Of a stretch of DNA of 64,000 bases, positions 56,617-64,000 are shown in pieces. The notes under the pieces are model-generated. The model saw only the letters and a program-made list of their open reading frames with translations, made no database searches and was not told the DNA's origin. Source of the stretch: Flavipsychrobacter sp. (GTDB taxonomy: Bacteria; Bacteroidota; Bacteroidia; Chitinophagales; Chitinophagaceae); the NCBI GenBank assembly GCA_965230595.1, contig OZ246011.1, forward strand, positions 2,901,397 to 2,965,396. The letters are read 5' to 3'. The translations under genes and the position numbers were made by a program. The first letter of the stretch is position 1. The number at the start of each line of letters is the position of its first letter.

Positions 56617-58494
56617 TTATTGTATCCACAAAAAGGTAAAGGCAAACAATAGTGTAATACCTATCACCATAATAAAAATGTAAAAGCCAACCTGGCCACT
56701 TTGTACTAACCTGATGCGGTTACTACCCCAATGGATACTCTTACCTACACCATTCACCAACCCGTCGATACCCAATTTCTCTACTACGTTATTTAAGAAG
56801 CCGGACAAAGCAGCTATCGGGCGAACGATAATTGCATCGTACAACTCATCTATATACCATTTGTTTTCCAACACTTTTGCAATGCCAGTGTTAGGGGCAA
56901 AGTCTGCTTTCTTCGTCACCATACGGGCAATGAAGATCATAACAACAACTAATACAGTTGACAAGCCCATCAACATCCACTCTGTACTATGCTCTAAGTG
57001 ATGCACGTTCAAGTTCTTCACCACAGGGCTTAAATATTCATTCAATATGTGATGCTCACTGATCACAGCAGGCAAACCTACATAACCACCCACTACAGCT
57101 AGTATCGCTAATATCACTAATGGTATGGTGATAGCCGCAGGGCTTTCATGTAAATGATTTTTTTGATCTTCCGTTCCGCGGAAAGTACCTGTGAAGGTTA
57201 AGAAGTATAAACGGAACATATAGAAAGCTGTCATTAATGCGGCACCTAAGGTCAAATAATACATCACAGGGCTGTGCGCATATACTGATGCCAGAATTTC
57301 GTCCTTAGAGAAGAAACCTGAGAAACCGGGGATACCTGCAATAGCCAAACAGCCGATCAAGAAGGTAATGCTGGTAATGCGCATGTGCTTGCTCAAGCCA
57401 CCCATCTTACGAATGTCTTGCTCACCACCCATAGCGTGTATCACACTACCCGAGCCTAAGAATAATAAGGCTTTGAAGAAGGCGTGTGTCATCACGTGGA
57501 ACACTGCTGTGGTATATGCTCCCATGCCCAAAGCTAAGAACATGAAGCCCAACTGACTCACCGTAGAGTAAGCCAGTACTTTCTTAATATCATATTGTTT
57601 GATAGCAATCGACGCTGCCAATATGGCCGTAGCCAAACCAACGATCGCCACCAAATGCATCGCATCAGGAGCAAGATTGTATAAAGCATTGCTACGGGCG
57701 ATCATATAGATACCCGCTGTTACCATCGTAGCAGCGTGTATGAGTGCTGATACAGGAGTAGGACCTGCCATCGCATCCGGCAACCATGTATATAAAGGAA
57801 TCTGCGCACTCTTACCCATAGCACCTATGAAGAAACAAATGGCGATCCAGTTGGTCAACCCACTAGCTGTTGTCGTCGTATTAAATGTACTGAACAGTTC
57901 TTGATAGGATAGTGTACCGAAGTTGAAGATCACCAACAGCATACCTACTAAGAAACCAAGATCACCGATACGGTTCATCACAAAGGCCTTCTTAGCTGCA
58001 TTGGTATTCTCTCTTTCTTTGAACCAGAAACCGATCAATAAGTAAGAGCAAAGCCCTACACCTTCCCAACCGATGAACATGATCAGGTAGTTACCACCTA
58101 ATACCAATAGCAACATGGAGAACACGAACAGATTCAAGTAAGCGAAGTATTTCACCACACCTTCATCGTCGTGCATATAAGAGGTAGAATATACATGTAT
58201 CAAAAAACCGATACCGGTAATGATGAGTAAGAATAAAGATGACAATGCATCTACCTGAAAGGCAAACGGGATATTCAGTTTACCTGACTGGATAAAGTCA
58301 AATAGATGAACAGTAGTAGCCGTACCGCTTCCTTTCACTTCAAAGAAAATACCTAACGATACAATAAATGAAGCCAGCACTGCTAAGCTGCCCACGATAC
58401 CGCCGGCTTGCTTTGGCAATTTCTTCCAACCAATGCCATTGATAAGGAAACCTATCAACGGAAATAACGGAACTAAGTAAACTAAGTTTGTCAT
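56617..58494 (-). CDS. nuoL: NADH-quinone oxidoreductase subunit L
   Basis: 625 aa with GKSAQIPLYTWLPDAMAGPTPVSALIHAATMV. Confidence 0.93.
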   Translation of the reverse strand: MTNLVYLVPLFPLIGFLINGIGWKKLPKQAGGIVGSLAVLASFIVSLGIFFEVKGSGTATTVHLFDFIQSGKLNIPFAFQVDALSSLFLLIITGIGFLIHVYSTSYMHDDEGVVKYFAYLNLFVFSMLLLVLGGNYLIMFIGWEGVGLCSYLLIGFWFKERENTNAAKKAFVMNRIGDLGFLVGMLLVIFNFGTLSYQELFSTFNTTTTASGLTNWIAICFFIGAMGKSAQIPLYTWLPDAMAGPTPVSALIHAATMVTAGIYMIARSNALYNLAPDAMHLVAIVGLATAILAASIAIKQYDIKKVLAYSTVSQLGFMFLALGMGAYTTAVFHVMTHAFFKALLFLGSGSVIHAMGGEQDIRKMGGLSKHMRITSITFLIGCLAIAGIPGFSGFFSKDEILASVYAHSPVMYYLTLGAALMTAFYMFRLYFLTFTGTFRGTEDQKNHLHESPAAITIPLVILAILAVVGGYVGLPAVISEHHILNEYLSPVVKNLNVHHLEHSTEWMLMGLSTVLVVVMIFIARMVTKKADFAPNTGIAKVLENKWYIDELYDAIIVRPIAALSGFLNNVVEKLGIDGLVNGVGKSIHWGSNRIRLVQSGQVGFYIFIMVIGITLLFAFTFLWIQ

Positions 58495-58516
58495 ACCCCA
58501 AATTCCCCGAAGGGTA

Positions 58517-58816
58517 TTAGTGCTTTAATCTGTTTAATATATTAATGTCTACCGAGTGTACCTTACGATACATCATCACGATCACTGCCAACCCTACGGC
58601 TACCTCTGCTGCTGCCACTACCATAATAAAGAACACGAATATCTGTGCAGAAGCATCGTTGTACATTTTAGAGAACGCAACCAGTAATAAATTCACTGCA
58701 TTCAACATCAGCTCAATACACATGAAAATGATGATGGCGTTACGACGCATGAGCGTACCCATGATGCCAATGCAAAACAGCGCAATACTCAAAAACAAAT
58801 AATATTGTGTTGGCAT
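58517..58816 (-). CDS. nuoK: NADH-quinone oxidoreductase subunit K
   Basis: 99 aa, 3 TM helices, with MCIELMLNAVNL and AAAEVAVGLA. Confidence 0.92.
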   Translation of the reverse strand: MPTQYYLFLSIALFCIGIMGTLMRRNAIIIFMCIELMLNAVNLLLVAFSKMYNDASAQIFVFFIMVVAAAEVAVGLAVIVMMYRKVHSVDINILNRLKH

Positions 58817-58821
58817 AATTC

Positions 58822-59331
58822 TTATGTTGTTGGTGTTTCTCCTTTTTTACCCAATACCACAGCACCTATCATAGCACTTAGGAATAACACACTACTTATT
58901 TCAAATGGCAGAACGAATTTTGTAAATAACGTCTTACCCAAGTTTTTAATCAATCCAATGTCTGTTGCGGCTTGCTCCAGTGGTGTTACCGATGCAGAAC
59001 GTAATGCCGCCAATATCACCAAGAACAAAATACCTCCCGATACACCACCTGCTATTTGTATCAGCAGGTTCTTCTGTGGCTCTGTATCTGCGTTCAAGTT
59101 CATCAACATGATTACGAACAGGAAGAGTACCATAATAGCACCCGCATAAACAATGATGTTCACGATCGCAAGGAACTGTGCATTCATTAATATATAATGC
59201 CCCGATATGGCAAAGAAGGTTGCAATAAGAAATAGAACACTACTTACCGGGTTGCGGCTCAATACCACACCCAAGGCACAGCCCAGTGCCATCACAGTTA
59301 AGAACCAAAATATAATCTCGTATAAGCTCAT
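58822..59331 (-). CDS. nuoJ: NADH-quinone oxidoreductase subunit J
   Basis: 169 aa, position between nuoI and nuoK, with VYAGAIMVLFLFVIM. Confidence 0.88.
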   Translation of the reverse strand: MSLYEIIFWFLTVMALGCALGVVLSRNPVSSVLFLIATFFAISGHYILMNAQFLAIVNIIVYAGAIMVLFLFVIMLMNLNADTEPQKNLLIQIAGGVSGGILFLVILAALRSASVTPLEQAATDIGLIKNLGKTLFTKFVLPFEISSVLFLSAMIGAVVLGKKGETPTT

Positions 59332-59336
59332 ATCAC

Positions 59337-59846
59337 TTATTTATCCTCGCTCTTTTTAGGGTGAGGAATCAAAAGGTCTTCTTTTTTATAGATCATGGTG
59401 CTACGCTCGTAATGCGTAGGCATTAATGTTTCACTTAGATATACCGCATCTTTAGGGCAAGCTTCTTCACAATAGCCACAGAAAATACAACGCAGCATGT
59501 TGATCTCATACTTGGCTGCATATTTCTCCTCACGGTATAGACCTTTCTCTTCAGGCTTACGCTCGGCTGCTTCCATAGTAATGGCCTCTGCAGGACAAGC
59601 CAAGGCACATAGGCCACAAGCCGTACAACGCTCACGCCCTTCCTCGTCACGGTTCAGTACATGCAAACCACGAAACACCGGGCTAAACGGACGTTGCTCT
59701 TCCGGATAGCTTGTAGTAGCCGGCTTTTTAAATATATGCCCCAGCGTTATACTCAAGCCCTTCGCAATAGCAGGAAGATATATCCTCTCGCTAAAGGTCA
59801 TCGGGCTGCGGTTTACCGCTTTCGATCTGTTCGTTAGTTTTTCCAT
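59337..59846 (-). CDS. nuoI: NADH-quinone oxidoreductase subunit I
   Basis: Two 4Fe-4S motifs: CTACGLCALACP and CIFCGYCEEACP. Confidence 0.93.
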   Translation of the reverse strand: MEKLTNRSKAVNRSPMTFSERIYLPAIAKGLSITLGHIFKKPATTSYPEEQRPFSPVFRGLHVLNRDEEGRERCTACGLCALACPAEAITMEAAERKPEEKGLYREEKYAAKYEINMLRCIFCGYCEEACPKDAVYLSETLMPTHYERSTMIYKKEDLLIPHPKKSEDK

Positions 59847-59851
59847 TATCC

Positions 59852-60922
59852 TTATTTAAACACCCACAATATCAACGCACCTGTAATGAGCATGTTTACC
59901 AATGCTAACGGTATCAACGATTTCCAACCTAAGTTCATCAACTGGTCGTAACGAAAACGTGGCAACGTCCAGCGTATGAACATGAAAAACAATATAAAAC
60001 CAATAATCTTGGTCATCAGTACTACCACGCTTATGGCAGTGAATAACATAGGATGAACACTAGCCGCTACCTGATCCATGAACGGGAAGTTATACCCACC
60101 AAAGAATAGTGTAGCGAGAACAGCGGAGCTAATGAATAAGTTCACATATTCCGCAAATAAATAGAAGCCCAGTTTCATCGAAGAATACTCCTGATGGTAA
60201 CCCATGTTCAACTCACTCTCACACTCTGCCAGATCAAAAGGCGCACGGTTCAACTCTGCAAAAGAACAGATCAGGAATATAAAGAAGCCTAAAGGCTGTT
60301 TAAAGAAGTTCCAAGTAAAATAACCGTCTGCCCAAAAACCATGTTGTTGCTCTACGATCTCGCGCATGCTTAACGTACCGGTCATTAATAATAAGGCAAC
60401 CAAGCTGATACCAAAAGCCAGCTCGTAAGAAACGGCCTGTGCCGCTGCACGGATACTACTTAGTAGCGAGAACTTGTTATTCGATGCCCAACCACCAAGC
60501 ATGACACCATACACACCCACACTCAAAACACCAAAGATGAACAGGATACCAATATTGATATCTGCCATTTGTAACGATATCACTTTGCCGCTCTCAGTTA
60601 CATAGTCAGGCCCCCATGGTATCACCACACTGGTCATACATGCTGTAAGCATGGCTAATGCAGGACCTAGTATGAATAAAAAACGGGTAGAACGATCGGG
60701 GATGATCTCCTCTTTAAAGAAAAGTTTACCACCATCAGCCAAAGGCTGTAATAAGCCAAACGGACCTGCACGGTTAGGACCTTTACGGTCTTGCATGATG
60801 GCTGCTACCTTACGCTCACCCCAAGTGGCATACATAGCCACACCTAATGAACCCAGCAAGATAACCGTTGCTAAAATCAACTTCTCAATAATAAGTGCTG
60901 TATCAATACTTAGTAGCAGCAT
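59852..60922 (-). CDS. nuoH: NADH-quinone oxidoreductase subunit H
   Basis: AAIMQDRKGPNR.GPFGLLQP.ADG and NRAPFDLAE.ESEL. Confidence 0.93.
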   Translation of the reverse strand: MLLLSIDTALIIEKLILATVILLGSLGVAMYATWGERKVAAIMQDRKGPNRAGPFGLLQPLADGGKLFFKEEIIPDRSTRFLFILGPALAMLTACMTSVVIPWGPDYVTESGKVISLQMADINIGILFIFGVLSVGVYGVMLGGWASNNKFSLLSSIRAAAQAVSYELAFGISLVALLLMTGTLSMREIVEQQHGFWADGYFTWNFFKQPLGFFIFLICSFAELNRAPFDLAECESELNMGYHQEYSSMKLGFYLFAEYVNLFISSAVLATLFFGGYNFPFMDQVAASVHPMLFTAISVVVLMTKIIGFILFFMFIRWTLPRFRYDQLMNLGWKSLIPLALVNMLITGALILWVFK

Positions 60923-60954
60923 AGTGGCGCAAAAGTAATTAGTTGTTTATATTT

Positions 60955-62043
60955 TTAATTGTCTTTCTTCTCAAAATCATCAGAATGTGCAGGACCTTCT
61001 ATTTTAGAAAGCTTCACATTGGGCTTATTCACATCACTTTCATCATGTATATCTAATAAAAGCTGAGGGTCTTTACCGATCACTTTATCGATCAATACCG
61101 GCTGTGGTTTTGTGTTCACATAGTGCCCTTGCGATATCACACTGTGTCGGCTGATCTGCGACGGGCCTTCTATCACCCAATCCTTAGAGTCTTTCTTCTC
61201 AAAGCGGCACTCATTACATATCCAATCTTCTACCTCACCCCACTGGTCTTTACGAGCTGTTACACGGTATACCTCATCACCACGATACCACAAGCGCACC
61301 TTACCACAACACTTAGGGTTGTTACAGTCGCGATGAGCATCTACGGGCTTGGTAAACCATACACGGTTCTTAAAGCGGAAGGTCTTATCTGTTAATGCAC
61401 CTACAGGGCATACATCTATCACGTTACCGATAAAATCATTCTTCAGGTTCTTGCCTAAGTAAGTGCTGATCTCTGCTTTATCACCACGCTCCAATACACC
61501 ATGTTCACGATTCTCCGTTAGTTGCTCTGCTGTATATACACAACGGTAGCACAGGATACAACGGGTCATGTGTAGGGATATATAATCACCCAAGTCTTCT
61601 TTCTCAAACGTACGGCGGTCGAACTCATAACGAGAGTCAGGAGCACCATGCTCGTAACTCAAATCTTGCAAGTGACACTCACCTGCCTGATCACACACCG
61701 GGCAATCCAACGGGTGGTTGATGAGTAACATTTCTACCACACCTTTTCTAGCGTCAATCACACGTGGAGAAGTGATGTTCTTCACTTCCATACCGTCCAT
61801 CACGCCGGTACGGCAGCTAGCCATCAGTTTTGGCATCGGGCGCGGGTCTTTTTCAGAACCTTTGCACACCTCTACCAAACAGGTACGGCACTTACCACCA
61901 CTACCTTCCAGCTTGCTGTAATAACACATAGCAGGAGGCGTGATGTCACCACCTATCTGACGCGCCGCCTCCAATATAGTAGTACCGGGGTCTACCTCTA
62001 TTGTGACGTTGTCAATTGTTACTTTAAATTTCTGCTCACTCAT
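60955..62043 (-). CDS. nuoG: NADH-quinone oxidoreductase subunit G (short form)
   Basis: 2Fe-2S motif (CYYSKLEGSGGKCRTCLVEV) and 4Fe-4S clusters (HPLDCPVCDQAGEC; CILCYRCV). Start moved to ATG 62043 (MSEQKFKVTIDN). Confidence 0.88.
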   Translation of the reverse strand: MSEQKFKVTIDNVTIEVDPGTTILEAARQIGGDITPPAMCYYSKLEGSGGKCRTCLVEVCKGSEKDPRPMPKLMASCRTGVMDGMEVKNITSPRVIDARKGVVEMLLINHPLDCPVCDQAGECHLQDLSYEHGAPDSRYEFDRRTFEKEDLGDYISLHMTRCILCYRCVYTAEQLTENREHGVLERGDKAEISTYLGKNLKNDFIGNVIDVCPVGALTDKTFRFKNRVWFTKPVDAHRDCNNPKCCGKVRLWYRGDEVYRVTARKDQWGEVEDWICNECRFEKKDSKDWVIEGPSQISRHSVISQGHYVNTKPQPVLIDKVIGKDPQLLLDIHDESDVNKPNVKLSKIEGPAHSDDFEKKDN

Positions 62044-62067
62044 AACTAAAAAATAAAAAAGCAAAAA

Positions 62068-62430
62068 TTACTTGCCTTTCATTTTTATTATACTCGAAGC
62101 TATGATCTTAGAAAGCTCATCTGCTTCTATTAATAATTCATTCAATTTATCCTTATCACAAGACAATGTATCTCTGATAAGGCACAGCCAATACTTTGTT
62201 TCATTAGCTGATTTTAGTGCAATGTGGTAAAAATTAATCACATCCTTTTTACTACTACCTACACCTCCTTCTACAACATTGGCACCTATTGATGTACCAC
62301 TTCTCAATAATTGATCAAAAATTGAGTAGTCAATACGTTCATACTTTGCAGTATGGATAAACTTTAAAAGAGCTTTAGAAAATTGAAAACACCTTTTCTT
62401 AATATCATAAGGTTTTTCAGGTGCGTTCAT
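62068..62430 (-). CDS. Four-helix-bundle protein (TIGR02436 / 23S rRNA intervening-sequence protein family) inserted in the nuo operon
   Basis: F......A....I.....Y......DQLLRSGTSIGANVVEG........D...F..IALKSANETKYWL is the signature of this family. The gene is visibly AT-richer than the flanking nuoF and nuoG. Confidence 0.8.
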   Translation of the reverse strand: MNAPEKPYDIKKRCFQFSKALLKFIHTAKYERIDYSIFDQLLRSGTSIGANVVEGGVGSSKKDVINFYHIALKSANETKYWLCLIRDTLSCDKDKLNELLIEADELSKIIASSIIKMKGK

Positions 62431-62462
62431 TTTTCTTTTTAATTTTTACTTTCTTCTTTAGT

Positions 62463-63815
62463 CTAGCCTGCTTCCACTACCGGCGGTAGCGGGTCAGCAT
62501 AATGCGCTAAACCAAAGTTTCTTTTCTGCGACTCCTCAGGATGTTTCACATGCCACTCAAACTCATCACGGAAGTGACGAATGGCAGCAGCTACAGGCCA
62601 TGCCGCAGCATCGCCCAGCGGACAGATAGTATTACCTTCTATCTTGCCTTGTATATCCCAAAGAAGATCTATATCACTCATCTTTCCTTTACCGTACTCA
62701 ATGTTCTTCAATATTTTATACATCCAACCTGTACCCTCACGGCACGGGCTACACTGGCCACAACTCTCATGGTTGTAGAAGTGAGCCAAGCTCATGGTAT
62801 GACGTACCACACACTGGTCTTCATCTAAAACAATGAAACCACCCGACCCCATCATAGTACCTGTTTGGAAACCACCGTCAGACAAACTCTCGTAGTTCAT
62901 ATAACGTGTTTCTCCAGCAGCTGTCTTCAACAATAAATTAGCAGGAACTATAGGTACTGATGAACCACCCGGGATACAAGCTTTCAGCTTTTTACCATTT
63001 GGTATTCCACCACAGTACTCGTCAGAGTAAATAAACTCTTCTACAGAGATGGTCATATCTATTTCGTACACACCAGGCTTGTTGATATTACCACAAGCCG
63101 ATAGTAGCTTAGTACCTGTAGAACGGCCTACACCTATCTTCGCATACTCCTCGCCACCCATGTTAATAATAGGCGCTACAGCGGCTAAGGTCTCTACGTT
63201 GTTTACCACCGTTGGTCTGCCCCAAACACCTTTCACTGCCGGGAATGGTGGTTTGATACGAGGGTTACCACGCTTACCTTCCAAGCTTTCCAATAGCGCC
63301 GTTTCTTCACCACAGATGTAAGCACCTGCTCCACGTTGCACGTATATTTCACAATCAAAGCCTGAGCCTTGAATGTTCTTACCTAACCAACCATTATTCT
63401 TAGCTTCAGCTATTGCTTCTTCTAAAATATCTACGATCCATGCATACTCACCACGTATATATATATAGGTAAGATTGCTACCTAATGCAAAGCTGCTCAC
63501 GATCAAACCCTCAATTAATATATGAGGGATGAACTCCATTAAATAACGGTCTTTGAATGTACCAGGCTCCGACTCATCGGCGTTACACACCAAGTGACGA
63601 GGTACCCCTTCAGGCTTAGCCAAAAAGCTCCACTTCAATCCCGTAGGGAAACCCGCACCACCACGACCACGAAGGCCACTTTTCTTCACCTCTTCCACTA
63701 TTTCGTCAGGCGTCATTTTCAGCGCCTTCTCTACCGAGCGGTATCCTCCATGCTTACGATAGGTATCGTAGTAACGAATACCTTCTACATGTGCATGTTC
63801 TAATAATAGTTTCAT
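62463..63815 (-). CDS. nuoF: NADH-quinone oxidoreductase subunit F
   Basis: GLRGRGGAGFPTG (FMN site), CNADESEPGTFKDR, and the 4Fe-4S motif ESCGQCSPCREG. Confidence 0.95.
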   Translation of the reverse strand: MKLLLEHAHVEGIRYYDTYRKHGGYRSVEKALKMTPDEIVEEVKKSGLRGRGGAGFPTGLKWSFLAKPEGVPRHLVCNADESEPGTFKDRYLMEFIPHILIEGLIVSSFALGSNLTYIYIRGEYAWIVDILEEAIAEAKNNGWLGKNIQGSGFDCEIYVQRGAGAYICGEETALLESLEGKRGNPRIKPPFPAVKGVWGRPTVVNNVETLAAVAPIINMGGEEYAKIGVGRSTGTKLLSACGNINKPGVYEIDMTISVEEFIYSDEYCGGIPNGKKLKACIPGGSSVPIVPANLLLKTAAGETRYMNYESLSDGGFQTGTMMGSGGFIVLDEDQCVVRHTMSLAHFYNHESCGQCSPCREGTGWMYKILKNIEYGKGKMSDIDLLWDIQGKIEGNTICPLGDAAAWPVAAAIRHFRDEFEWHVKHPEESQKRNFGLAHYADPLPPVVEAG

Positions 63816-63844
63816 ATTTATGCTAAATCCTTTCGGACTTGTTT

Positions 63845-64000
63845 TTATTTATCTTTTATACCTACGCTTTGTCGGTTCACCATCACCCACCCCATCATGT
63901 TCTGCCACTTCCAGGTTTGCATAGAGTGTAGGTGAAACTCCAACCCTTTCATTCCTTTATAGTCTGCATTGATCACCACATCTGCTCTCAAGGTCATCAC
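63845..64000 (-). CDS. 3' end of an unidentified gene immediately upstream of nuoF (5' end beyond window)
   Basis: Hand translation of the minus frame is open from 64000 to TAA at 63847-63845: VMTLRADVVINADYKGMKGLEFHLHSMQTWKWQNMMGWVMVNRQSVGIKDK*. It is not in the ORF track and contains no Cys. Confidence 0.5.
   Translation of the reverse strand: MMTLRADVVINADYKGMKGLEFHLHSMQTWKWQNMMGWVMVNRQSVGIKDK

Noticed and set aside
62068-62430. Four-helix-bundle gene as the Avd component of a diversity-generating retroelement
   Set aside because: There is no reverse transcriptase gene and no template/variable repeat pair anywhere nearby. The flanks are nuoF and nuoG.
1-64000. Search for tRNA, rRNA, tmRNA, CRISPR arrays, IS elements and prophage genes
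   Set aside because: By eye there is no T-loop (GGTTCGAAT-type) context with acceptor-stem pairing and no rRNA-like conserved blocks. There are no regularly spaced direct repeats, and no transposase, integrase or capsid-like ORFs. None is reported.

Overview
This is a chromosomal, mostly housekeeping window from a Bacteroidota genome. Diagnostic features are T9SS type-A and type-B C-terminal sorting domains, PorP/SprF, GldH, a BatB/BatC-like pair, a CarboxypepD_reg-type TonB receptor and TAnnTTTG -7 promoter boxes. I support about 62 protein genes. I saw no rRNA, tRNA, CRISPR array, transposase or integrase. Core genes include mnmE, dtd, tadA, obg, adk, a UvrD/PcrA helicase, gpmI, yicC, gldH, rnhB, pssA, purS, rsmI, tatC, rpiB, asd and scpB. 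A Complex I operon runs nuoF to nuoN on the minus strand (53.7-63.8 kb). Accessory or unusual content: (1) An AT-rich type II restriction-modification cassette (PD-(D/E)XK nuclease, C5-cytosine methyltransferase, small HTH-like gene with a palindromic operator candidate) sits between two paralogous GNAT genes. (2) A truncated HEAT-repeat membrane ORF at the left edge is absent from the ORF track; it is translationally coupled to an OM beta-barrel gene and a receiver-only response regulator. (3) Three non-canonical genes are embedded in or attached to the nuo operon: a four-helix-bundle gene between nuoF and nuoG, a Cys-free ORF where nuoE is expected, and a secreted protein overlapping the nuoN stop. 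(4) An ECF sigma factor is paired with a membrane-anchored anti-sigma-like trypsin-fold protease, next to an acidic mini-lipoprotein. (5) Tandem DUF4139/MuiA-like paralogs, one carrying a TonB-plug-like insert. (6) A HmuY-like T9SS-sorted protein plus TonB receptor pair. (7) A T9SS type-B cargo plus PorP/SprF pair. (8) An uncharacterised multi-TM protein divergent from a YkuK-like RNase-H-fold gene. None of these is demonstrably a new system from sequence alone; candidates are ranked in the findings. All family assignments rest on motif recognition by eye, with no database search.
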